Source: Octopus vulgaris (taxonomy: Eukaryota). From it: 64,000 bases of DNA. Numbering within the stretch: position 1 is the first letter of the stretch; every line of letters starts with the position of its first letter. The stretch lies in the NCBI GenBank assembly GCA_951406725.2, contig OX597819.1, forward strand, positions 5,766,001 to 5,830,000, in the 5' to 3' direction. The position numbers and the translations under genes are program-made. The notes beneath the pieces were generated by a model. It made no database searches. It was not told the origin of the DNA and worked only from the letters and a program-made list of their open reading frames with translations. Below are positions 53,254 through 64,000 of this stretch, one piece after another.

Positions 53254-54927
53254 GATGGATGGTTGACTAAAAACAATCTTCTATGGGCTCTAGGACAAAT
53301 CGGAGTTAAATCAGGAACAAAAAAACAGGTGCAATCCTTGAGAGAGTTTGGGCTGAGCCGAATCACAATCCAATATTGAAAGCAGACGGTGCAACGAGTC
53401 GGGAACCCTTCCTAATTGTCTAAAGCAGCTTTAGGATAAGGGATAGTATGTCCAACTTTAGAATATTGATATGCATGCAAAATGTTCCACACGATTAAAT
53501 ATCATTTGACGTGCCATTTAGTACTTCAATAATTGCATCTGCGCATGTTTGTATATGTGTGAATAATGTGTTTATGTGCGAGAAGGCACATGTTTTTGAC
53601 TATACGGAGAAGGAAACGTAAAGAAAGGGAAAAAGACGGGATCTGTCAGTTATTATTGTTATTACTACCACCTTCACCACCATCACCATCATCATCATCA
53701 ATGACATTGTTTTATGTGTAGCCACAGCCACCATCAACACTCCAATGTGTGGGAGAATGGTTGGTTAAAGAATTCATGTTCTTTGAGTCTATAAATAGAT
53801 AGGGCAGATGGTGGAGACAAAGGACGTTAATGGTCAGTAAAAGGTCAAACCTGTTTACATTTTTTTTTTCCTTTCTCTTTTCTTTCTCTCCACATACATA
53901 TGTATATGTATATGTATACTCGCTCACACGATGATGTATATGTATACTCACTCACACGATGATTTTTTTAAAAATAACTTTCTGAGTTCAATGTTATGTA
54001 TATATTTTTCAAATTTCTGAATTCAGTTGTATGTATAAAGTAGTAGGTGCTTAATTCCATAACTTTTTATCGTGCATTTAATTGTGTTGTTACAATAAAA
54101 GGTAATTTAAAAGGCAATTTTACACATTCTTATAGTCATGAGAGACGACTAAATGTAAATGTTCACACAGAATTGGAGATATTTATGTTTCTAGTTTTTC
54201 TTGTTAGGTGTACGTTTGTATGAGCTGTAGATATGTAAGTTTAGTGTATGTTTAGTGTAGACACGGAGAAAGTTTGTAAACAGAAATGAAATCAGTGATT
54301 TTTTAATTTTTTGCAGTGTAGTCCGTTACATTAAATAGTGTGATTTATTTTCACTCTGCACGTATATATATGTGTGCTACAAGTATCTATGTATGTATGT
54401 ATGTCACTGCTTTATAAATGTTAGACGTACTTACTGTCGTTCAACGTTTTCTTTTACCCTCAACTACACGTGGTGAATTCTTCCATTGTAGATCTGTGGA
54501 TATCGGATGTCGCTATGGTCAGGGTAATGAACACCTTCTCAAAGGACATGTTTAGATACGCCTTGAGGGACCCCGACCTAGAGCTGGCGCATTGCCTAAG
54601 GGAAGCGTAAGCCAGGTCTGGGAGGAGGGGCTTTGTGTATTGTATTTATATATATTATATGTAATTATTGAACTATGTTGTTGTTTGTAATGGATTGTTA
54701 AGTCCAAAAATTGAAAAGTTGTAAAAGTTGTAAGAGGTTTAATACCTCGTTTTGTGTTTGGTTTTAAAGAACAATGTTTTAGAGAAGCAGAAGTCGGCGG
54801 GCGTTTTTTGTCTTCTCCCATCCTTATCATCTTTCTTTCATTATCATTCATTTCATTAATGTCCTTGTCCAGCGTGCAAAGCTACTTTACTCTATGTACT
54901 GCCTTTATGGCAAATGTAATGAAATAA

Positions 54928-55068
54928 AGAAGCTTGCTTCCCAACCACATGGTTCCGGGTTCAATCCAATGCGTGACACCTTGAACAAGTGTCTTCTATT
55001 ATAGCCTCGGGTCGAACAGATCTTTGTGAGTGGATTTCGTAGACAAAATTTAGAAGAAGGCCGTCGTG

Positions 55069-55103
<35 letters not shown>

Positions 55104-55124
55104 ATATATATATATGTATGTATG

Positions 55125-55158
<34 letters not shown>

Positions 55159-55355
55159 TGTATGTATGTATGTATGTATGTGTATATTTATGTGTGTGTG
55201 TGTGGTGTGCGCGTGTGTCTGTGTTTTCCCCCTGCCATCACTTGACAACCGATGCTGGTGTGCTTATGTTCCCGAAATTTAGCGGTTCGGCAAAAGAGAC
55301 CGATAGAATAAGTATAGGCTTACAGAGAATAAGTCTTGGGGTCGATTTCTTTGAC
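54928..55355 (+). mobile_element. SINE family A, diverged, with (TA)/(TATG) core
   Basis: Family A block order. Confidence 0.8.
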
Positions 55356-56411
55356 ACAACACCGAATCTAACGGGTAGTTTTGTATCAAACAAAATAAAC
55401 AGTCACCGACACGCACAGTTATGCAGGAACGATGGTCATCTGCACGGTTTCCGCCGACCAGTTTCTACTCACAAAATACTGGACAACCTTCTGCAGTAGA
55501 AGAATCTTGCCCAAAATGTTGTGTGATAGGATCGAACACAGAAGTACGTGGTTGCAGAACGAATTTTTTAACAACATAGTCGAGGGATCGAATCCGAAAT
55601 GCGTAAACATAAACAATATTAAGTGTCCGCGATACTGGTGGTATAATTGTAATGAAATCGATAATCGATATCAATATTACTTATCAATGCAACTTCTAAC
55701 TGAATCAATCAATCTAATCAATCATGCTGATTTTTCCAAAAATAGTCAGCTGTAGTTTTATCGAGCTCAGACAATAAAATAAGAAAAACGAGTTTCTCAA
55801 GAATACGATTCTGGTTTGTCGCAGATTTATTTTAAAATACCTACAAAATATCTTCTCTTCTTTCTCTCTTTCTCTCTCTCTCCCTCTCTCTCTTTCTCTC
55901 TCTCTCCCTATCTCTCTCTTTCTATCTCTCTCCCCCCCCATCTCTCTCTCACACATACACACACAGATACACACAACAGTCTTGAATGACAGAAATGTCT
56001 TTTCTGGCCTTGATTCTAACTTGTTAATAAAGTAGAAACACTTTACCCTCACAAAGTGAGACCTGCAGCTCATAATGTAGACGCGGTTCTCGATTAGATG
56101 CGCAAAACAAGGACTGATATTTCGTGGTCATCACAAATATCAAGGATTAGGTGCTCCAGATATAAGTGAAATCACTGTCTTGAAAGTAATAAGAGTGTTT
56201 GCCAAAAAAGATTCATTGCTGGAGCAACATTTATGACTGAATGACCGAAATGCAACATAGCTCAACCCTGATATACGAAACGAGTTCAGGTTTAATCAAC
56301 GGTAATAATTGAAGTGTAGATGACTGAATTCTTTTCAACAATGGTTGACTCTAAAATTGGTTTCAGATTTTTGGAACAAGGCCAGCTATTTTGGGGTAGG
56401 ATAGATTATTA

Positions 56412-56796
56412 GGGGGAAGCACTCCGTCGGTTACGACGACGAGGGTTCCGATTGATCCGATCAACGGAACAGCCTGCTCGTGAAATTAACGTGTAAGTGG
56501 CTGAGCACTCCACAGACACGTGTACCCTTAACGTAGTTCTCGGGGATATTCAGCGTGACACAGAGAGTGACAAGGCCGGCCCTTTGAAATACAGGTACAA
56601 CAGAAACAGGAAGTAAGAGTGAGAGAAAGTTGTGGTGAAAGAGTACAGCAGGGACCACCACCATCCCTGCCGGAGCCTCGTGGAGCTCTAGGTGGTTTCG
56701 CTCAATAAACACTCACAACGTCCGGTCTGGGAATCGAAACCGCGATCCTACGACCGCGAGTCCGCTGCCCTAACCACTGGGCCATTGCGCCTCCAC
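56412..56796 (-). mobile_element. SINE family B with 13-bp TSD
   Basis: ggatagattatta at 56399-56411 and 56797-56809. Confidence 0.95.
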
Positions 56797-57766
56797 GGAT
56801 AGATTATTATTTGTTGGGTACAAAGATAAATGTTTTAGCAAAAAAAAAAAAAAAAACCCAAAAGACTATAATACTTGTTACTGTATTTATTCAGTGGGAT
56901 CTTCATGGGTGACGGTGTTTCGCAAGATTTTCTATATCAGGATATCACAGTCCATTGTTAGTAAAGACAAACAATCACCTCTTCTTACACTTTCTAATCG
57001 ATTGCAAGCTTTTGCTATTAAGTAACACTGTTTAGTTTTGAATGTACACAAAAATAATATTCTCTTGCTGCTCCATCCTCTTTAGTAGCACGTGTTGGAA
57101 AAAGCATCAAATCCTTACACCTAATATTAATCCTGAATAGATTGTTTTCCACGGAAAGCACTAGTATACTGCAAATTTAAAGATTTTTCTCAACTTTAAC
57201 GGATAGGTAGAGTATGTGATATTTGATAACCAGGATTTCCTTTTGTAAGGATAATTTCTTTTTCCTTATTTTTCGAAGGTTAACCACATGTCAACCGGTC
57301 TGCCAGGCAATGACAGCAACAACATAAAAATTGGTCAACGCTCTCTTTGGAATACTTAAATTTCTCCATTCCTTTGCTATTTAATACCATTTTATTTACA
57401 TTAGCTGCAGTAACAGTTTAAACATGCACATGTGTTGTAACTAATGTCCCTGTTTATATTAACACTATATTTCTGTTACATTTCCGTAGTTAATCCCATT
57501 TTAAATATCCGTTAGATTCCATTACACTCTGCGAGTAACTTTCGTCATAACTAATTTGCCTAACATTACAGATTCCTGACGCGAGTGCGTTGATTCACCA
57601 TCAAAAGCATCATCAACAACACCCTCATCCTCTTACTTATGACTGTACCTGTTTAATTCTAATTTCATATTTCAAGTTACTCACAAACTATGATTAACTG
57701 CTCCACAGTTAATCCCTCCGCATTCTCGTTTCCTTTCTTACTCCACAACTCATTACACTGTTGACA

Positions 57767-58165
57767 GTGGAGGCGCAATGGCCCAGTGGTTAGGGCAGCG
57801 GAATCGCGGTCATAGGATCGCGGTAGGATCGCGGTTTCGATTCCCAGACCGGGTGTTGTGAGTGTTTATTGAGCGAAAACACCTAAAGCTCCACGGGGCT
57901 CCGGCAGGGGGGTGGTGGTGATCCCTGCTGTACTCTTTCACCACAACTTTCTCTCACTCTTACTTCCTGTTTCTGTTGTACCTGTATTTCAAAGGGCCGG
58001 CCTTGTCACTCTCTGTGTCACGCTGAATATCCCCGAGAACTACGTTAAGGGTACACGTGTCTGTGGAGTGCTCAGCCACTTACACATTAATTTCACGTGC
58101 AGGCTGTTCCGTTGATCGGATCAACCGGAACCCTCGTCGTCGTAACCGACGGAGTGCTTCCATCC
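57767..58165 (+). mobile_element. SINE family B with 12-bp TSD
   Basis: acactgttgaca at 57755-57766 and 58166-58177; small internal duplication taggatcgcgg. Confidence 0.95.
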
Positions 58166-58611
58166 ACACTGTTGACAATGTGCCAAAGAATATTCTTCCA
58201 TGTCATGCAATGCACAGCACAACACAATGTGACATAGCAGCACTGAACTAGACTGTAGTTGGTGAGGCGATTATTGAGTGTTCGTTGAGTCAACATACTC
58301 TTCACCCTCAACTGATGAACAAATGTCAGTTGAATTCTTTTAATTACGCAGCCCGACCTTGCTTTCTCAGGCAAACATCAATGTTAACGTTGATACCATA
58401 AACGAGAGAGCCTTTACGTGGTCACTCAACTCGCTGAAAATACCAGCTATATTATCCTTAACTCGCACGCCTTAAAAAAAAGAACACTTAAGATGATATT
58501 GTATGGCGTCAAAAGTTTAGCAATATTTTAGTAACTTATTTGCTTTATTCGTCAAATAACAACAAAGCAGTTTAGCAATCACAGTAGAGGCTATTGTGTT
58601 GCACCGTCTGT

Positions 58612-58654
<43 letters not shown>

Positions 58655-59196
58655 TCACACACAAGAATCCTCGTTCGTATCGTCAGGAACACTGATTGAC
58701 CCTTTGGAAACTAGTAGCTCTATTGATAAATCTAGAGATTTATGTTATATAAAAAATAATATTTTCGAAACATAGCTTAAAACAACTCTGTTTGAGCACT
58801 CTTTGAAGTTCTCAAATGATGTTTCTCCATCGCTAAAACTACACTACCCCCTTCCTCAAGATCAACAAAAAACTTTAGCTTTGGTCAATTAATAGTTATT
58901 ATAGCTCAATTAATAAATTATTGGTGCTATTCCGAATTACAGATTATATATATAGATTTTAAAGTATGATAGGGAGTTCCGATGTTCATGCTTTTATTCA
59001 AATTTCCTTAATAACATGTATCATTAACAGCGTGTCATTAAATACTGGGTATTTGAATTTAGATTATGTGACATGCCTCACCATAGAGGCATCCTATTCT
59101 GGGAATACTTTAACCAGTAGTTCGGTTCTAGCTGGGTAAAAACAAAAATTCATTTGCAATTCCAGTTACCTCAACCCAATATTAACTCTGATCAAC

Positions 59197-59485
59197 GACA
59201 AAGAGGGTTCCAGTTGATCCGATCAACAGAGCAGCCACTTCGTGGAATTAACGTGCAAGTGGCTGAGCACTCCATAGACACATGCACCCCAACGTAGTTC
59301 CCAGGGAGATCCAGCGTGACACAGAGTGTGACAAGGCCGGCTCTTTGAAATACCACTCATTTTTGCCAGCTGAGTGGACTGGAGCAATGTGAAATAAAGT
59401 GGTTTGCTTAAGGACACAACGCGTCGCCGGGAATTGAACTCACGACCTTACGATCGTGAGCCCGATACTCTAACCACTAAGCCTG
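59197..59485 (-). mobile_element. tRNA/CORE-like SINE sharing the family B 3' tail
   Basis: Different head (ggcttagtggttagagtatcgggctcacg..GAGTTCAATTCCC) and CORE-like tgtgtccttaagcaaaccacttt, then the family B tail gccttgtcac..ggagtgctcagccactt..gatcaactggaaccct. Confidence 0.8.
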
Positions 59486-59581
59486 CCAACCCAGTATTAT
59501 TAGTGACATAACTGTAAATTTTTGACCAGGACTTTAACTTTATACTGTGTTTCTTCTCCAAAAGATGCATGCCATTATATT

Positions 59582-59960
59582 GGGATGGAAGCACTCCGTC
59601 GGTTATGACGACGAGGGTTCTGGGTGATCCGATCAACGGAACAGCCTGCTCGTGAAATTAACGTGTAAGTGGCTGAGCACTCCACAGACACGTGTACCCT
59701 GAACGTAGTTCTCGGGGATATTCAGCGTGACACAGAGAGTGACAAGGTCGGCCCTTTGAAATACAGGTACAACAGAAACAGGAAGTAAGAGTGAGAGAAA
59801 GTTGTGGTGAAAGAGTACAGCAGGGATCACCACCACCCCTGCCGGAGCCTCGTGGAGCTTTAGGTGTTTTCGCTCAATAAACACTCACAACGCCCGGTCT
59901 GGGAATCGAAACCGCGATCCTACGACCGCTGCCCTAACCACTGGGCCATTGCGCCTCCAC
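59582..59960 (-). mobile_element. SINE family B with 11-bp TSD
   Basis: gccattatatt at 59571-59581 and 59962-59972. Confidence 0.93.
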
Positions 59961-60261
59961 AGCCATTATATTAACGTATCAACGGTATATATTCCTATCT
60001 TACGTATCTGCGTATACGTTTATGAAATACTAGTGCCACCCATATGTCAAAACCATCGTTGTTTTATTTAATAGTGTGGTCCGGTTGGGGTACTTAACAT
60101 AGAACTTGATTCACCTACACACAAGAATATATTTGCTAAGTCTGTGCGGTGAGTAGAACATATGGAAGACATTGCTGAGAGATTTTCTTTCTCTTGAATA
60201 CAAATAAATTCAAGTGGAAATCCAACGTCAGCTATCTGAGTAATAATACAGACAAATAAGA

Positions 60262-60557
60262 GTAAGGGTATGGGTTAGGGTACAGGTTAGGGTTAGGGTT
60301 AGAGTTACAAGCAGGGTTAGGATTAGGTTTAGCGTTAGGAGTAGGGCTTAGGTTGAGATTAGAGTTGGGTTTAGGGTTACAGTTAAGGTTACGGTTAATG
60401 TTAGGGCTAGAGTTAGCATTAGCGGTATGGTTGGGGTTAGGATTAGGGTTAGGGTTAAGATTAAAGTCAGGGTTAGGGCTAGGGTTAGAGTAGGGTTAGG
60501 GTAAGTGTTTAGGATTAAGGTTAGGATTAGGATTAGGCTTAAAGTTAGGGTTACGGT
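60262..60557 (+). repeat. Degenerate interstitial telomere-like (TTAGGG)n tract
   Basis: About 300 bp of 6-bp-phased ttaggg and variants (ttagag, ttagga, ctaggg). Confidence 0.9.
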
Positions 60558-60983
60558 TTTGGAAGATATCTAAAATGTTTGTATGTTTAATATCACCCTG
60601 TCCGATATATGTAATTGATTTCATATTCAGTGTAATGATACACTTTTAGAGGTTAATGAATGACGTGGAAATTATTTTCGCTATAAATCAATGAATAAAG
60701 AGTTATTAGCGATTAAAGTTTGAAAATTTTGGATAATTTTAGGCAATCGTAAGCCACAGACACATTCGTTCATGTTTCCATAGTAACAAGTGGAACATGA
60801 GAACTCTTTTGTCTGCGAGAAAGCGTGTGTTGACAAATATATTGAAACCACTTGTTTTACTTATCTGTTGGCAATTGAGCATGTGAATTTATGAAATGGT
60901 CAACAAAATGTTTGTTTTTAAAAAATATTCAATTTGTAATGTGATAGTTTGTTTTTAGGTAAATCTTTTCGTAATATCACAAT

Positions 60984-61070
60984 GACATAGCGGTTAAGAG
61001 CGTGGGCTTCTAACCCCAAGATTCTGAGTTCGATTCTAGGCAGTGACCTGAATGATAATAATAATAATGA
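60984..61070 (+). mobile_element. SINE family D tRNA-like head plus (AAT)n
   Basis: gacatagcggttaagagcgtgggcttctaaccccaagattctgagttcgattctaggcagtgacctgaatgataataat matches 18745-18830. Confidence 0.8.
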
Positions 61071-61961
61071 TAAGGATCTTTTCAATTCTGAAGCCAGGAC
61101 CACAGATCTTTCTACTTAACTAAATATTCTGAAACTTCGTATGCTGATAGAGTCTAGCAAAACAAGACACAGGTTGGAACTAGTTTATTTGAGAAAAATC
61201 TATTTTATGACTTTAATCGTAGATTAAAACTGCGAATTTTAACCAATCAGATTGTTTGTTTTCATGTGTAAAACTTGACTGCATTCTATTAGTGTGACGT
61301 AGAAAGCGCTTTTGTGACGTACTAACGTTCGGAAAACTGTAAACAAACACAGAACGTAACGGCAGACGAAATACGGCTACGCATTTCGCCCGGCGTGCTA
61401 ACGTTTCTGCCAGCTCTTTGCTTTTTTAATATTAAATTTCTTGCCTTTTGCACAAATAAATACAATAAGTGAAATGAAACGCATTAGCTTAGAAACGAAA
61501 TCTTGTTAGAAGCCTCGTCACTGAGATGCCACTTCTTAATAGCAAACAAAAGCAAGTACTAACAGAATGGAAACATTTTCAATTTAATACATGTGGCTTA
61601 TTAACTAGTTTTAAATATTGTTATTAGAAGGTGGCTGACTATAGGATCCTGGAAACATGAGTACGTTAAATAATTAGAAGGAGATTTCACGGAGACATGC
61701 GGCTTGTTTACATTTAAGATGTTTAATACGTCACCAAATTGGTGGTCGAGATGGAGTAAATAAAATAAAGCCGAATGACGGAATATCATTGGTTAAAATT
61801 CTAATTATTAAACAACGTTAAACTTAGAAGTTACAATTCCGTTTTCATTCTGGTTTACAATTAAGTTTACTTTTGACACATTCTAGCAGTATACGAAGTT
61901 TCAAATTGTTTGGTTCAGTAGGAAAAATTTGAAAAAACTGGCTTCAGAATAGAAAAGATCC

Positions 61962-62158
61962 AATGATAATAATAATGATAATAATATCGAAAAATACCTT
62001 AGGAATGAGAACCCAGGTTCGAGTTCTCCCCAAAACACCTGACGAAGGCTGGAGGGTATATCAGCCGGAACGTTGTGTTAACAACAAACAAGATGCGGAC
62101 AAATATCCGTCAAATGTAAACAATGTACATAATTCCTCATCTCTTAAATAAAGAACTG
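61962..62158 (+). mobile_element. Putative family D body: (AAT)n, B-box-like hairpin, hammerhead motif, 3' tail
   Basis: Last about 50 bp (cgtcaaatgtaaa..aatgtacataattcctcatctcttaaata(a/t)agaactg) also occurs at about 19512-19571, downstream of the other family D head. Confidence 0.7.
62034..62079 (+). ncRNA. Putative minimal type-I hammerhead ribozyme with one core substitution
   Basis: AACAC-CTGACGA-A-GGCTG-gagggtatat-CAGCC-GGAA-CG-TT-GTGTT; stems I and II perfect 5 bp each; GAAA reads GGAA. Confidence 0.65.
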
Positions 62159-62451
62159 AAAAGATATGTTGTTTACTCTTTCTTGACAACACGTGCTATT
62201 TTCAGGATGTTGACACAAGGTGCAGTCACGCACAAAATGACGGCTTCCAAATTCTCTTTCCCGACTGAGTGAAAAATGAACAAACTTTAAACCTCTATAA
62301 CTTTTTAAAAACCTTTTTTCTGGTAAAAGTGTAATAACTCCAGCAATTCAGCATTAATATGTACCAAATTTTAAAATTTTCAATAGATTTTAATTTTTGA
62401 AATGCTGGCAACCGAACCAAATATATCCATTTGCAGCCAAAATGAAAAGAT

Positions 62452-62533
<82 letters not shown>

Positions 62534-62555
62534 AACAACAACAACAACAACTACT

Positions 62556-62648
<93 letters not shown>
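62452..62648. repeat. Compound (CTA)n/(CAA)n microsatellite
   Basis: Direct reading. Confidence 0.96.
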
Positions 62649-62649
<1 letters not shown>

Positions 62650-62984
62650 TACACACGCAACGACACACTCACTTTAAAAGCAGGTATGTATTTTTAGTGG
62701 CAAAATTCATAGAAAATGAGAACTGTATAACCAGTCTCAATAAAACTAATTCTAAATAGTAGAAAGATATGTAGAGTGGGCGGATGTAAAGCGTTTGCAC
62801 CCTCTCCCTTCCACTTTTTTTTCCAAATATTTCTTCCGATTCCTGTTTTCGATATAGTAAGATTACGATTTTGCCAAAAAAGAAAAAAAAAAAACACGTC
62901 TTCAAAATTTTAATTTCCCCTCTCTCAATTAGAAACATTTCCCCACATTCGCAATCTCTGTATTTTTCTACTCTCTTTACTCTT

Positions 62985-63183
62985 TTACGCTTTTACTTGT
63001 TTCAGTCTTTTGACTGCGGCCATGCTGGAGCACCGCATTTAATCGAGCAACTCGACCCCGGGACTTATTCTTTGTAAGCCCAGTTCTTATTCTATCGGTC
63101 TCTTTTGCCTAACCGCTAAGTAACGCGGACATAAACACACCAGCATCGGTTGTCAAGCAATGCTAGGGGGACAAACACACACA

Positions 63184-63185
<2 letters not shown>
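62985..63185 (-). mobile_element. SINE family A 3' half, ending in (TA)n
   Basis: cttttacttgtttcagtcttttgactgcggccatgctggagcaccgc.. to ggggacaaacacac. Confidence 0.88.
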
Positions 63186-63223
<38 letters not shown>

Positions 63224-63227
<4 letters not shown>

Positions 63228-63996
63228 CAATATAGGGTGGCAAAAAATTTCGCAATGCCTAGTGGGAAAAAATTAAATAGTCATAGACCATTTATAAATT
63301 CAACAGCAAAATCAAGGAACGGCCATAATAGGCCATTCACCCACTAGAAATAACAGCCAAGGCTTCAACCGCAAAACAACATTAATTCCATAAACCAGGA
63401 GAAAATTAAAAAACATTTACCCTGTAATTCTTTATACGATGCACCGTTTCTTCAATTGTTTAATGGTAAACTAACCTGATTAAATTAAATCAAGCTAGTC
63501 TTCCATAGGCCGATAGAATCGTCAGTAAAGAACAGCCAGATCGGAGCAGATATTTACACGAGGCACTTCTACTACTGTCTCGGCAATATCTGACCTAAAA
63601 TTTTCAAATCATCGCACTCGCGCCAAATTTATCGGCAGCAAATATAAGTCGCCGATTCCATTACGGAATTAACCAGAAAATTCATAATTAATCAATATAG
63701 GGTGGCAAAAAATTTCGCAGAATTTTTTGCCACCAGCGGCCTAGTGGGAAAAAATTAAATAGTCATAGACCATTTATAAATTCAACAGCAAAATCAAGGA
63801 ACGGCCATAATAGGCCATACACCCACTAGAAATAACAGCCAAGGCTTCAACCGCAAAACAACATTAATTCCATAAACCAGGAGAAAATAAAAAAAATATT
63901 TACCCTGTAATTCTTTATACGATGCACCGTTTCTTCTATTGTTTAATGGTAAACTAACCTGATTAAATTAAATCAAGCTAGTCTTCCATAGGCCGA
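63224..63996 (+). repeat. Tandem repeat of a roughly 465-480 bp unit with a hairpin followed by CTAG
   Basis: taatcaatatagggtggcaaaaaatttcgca at 63224 and 63689; second unit near-identical up to about the window end. Confidence 0.9.
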
Positions 63997-64000
63997 TCTT

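Noticed and set aside
54465-54930. Short GC-richer frame HVVNSSIVDLWISDVAMVRVMNTFSKDMFRYALRDPDLELAHCLREA followed by an AT-rich tail with AATAAA
   Set aside because: Could be a retroelement 3' end but I cannot assign it; too short to support a call.
56880-57750. Faint RT-like words on the minus strand (RRGDCLSLL)
   Set aside because: Too degraded; no second motif confirmed by eye.

Overview
AT-rich eukaryotic (metazoan) DNA with no host protein-coding gene that I can support. The repeat repertoire resembles an octopus/cephalopod genome (inference, not verified). The window is almost entirely microsatellites ((TATG)n, (TA)n, (AAT)n, (CAT)n, (TCTA)n, (CTA)n) and decayed mobile DNA: several tRNA-headed SINE families, non-LTR retrotransposon fragments (Tx1/L1-like, R4/Dong-like, CR1-group), mariner/Tc1 relics, a MULE with terminal inverted repeats, and Helitrons. 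Most listed ORFs are microsatellite artefacts. Main observations: (1) three minimal type-I hammerhead-ribozyme-like motifs, one in what appears to be a tRNA-head/(AAT)n/hammerhead composite element with a Penelope-style inverted 5' duplication; (2) two SINE-LINE 3'-tail partnerships visible inside the window, one with a covarying hairpin and one involving a Tx1-like LINE; (3) retroelements sitting in specific microsatellites (Tx1-like in (TCTA)n, Dong-like in (TAA)n); (4) a three-level nested insertion. All alignments were made by eye; the SINE family letters A, B, D and E are my own labels.
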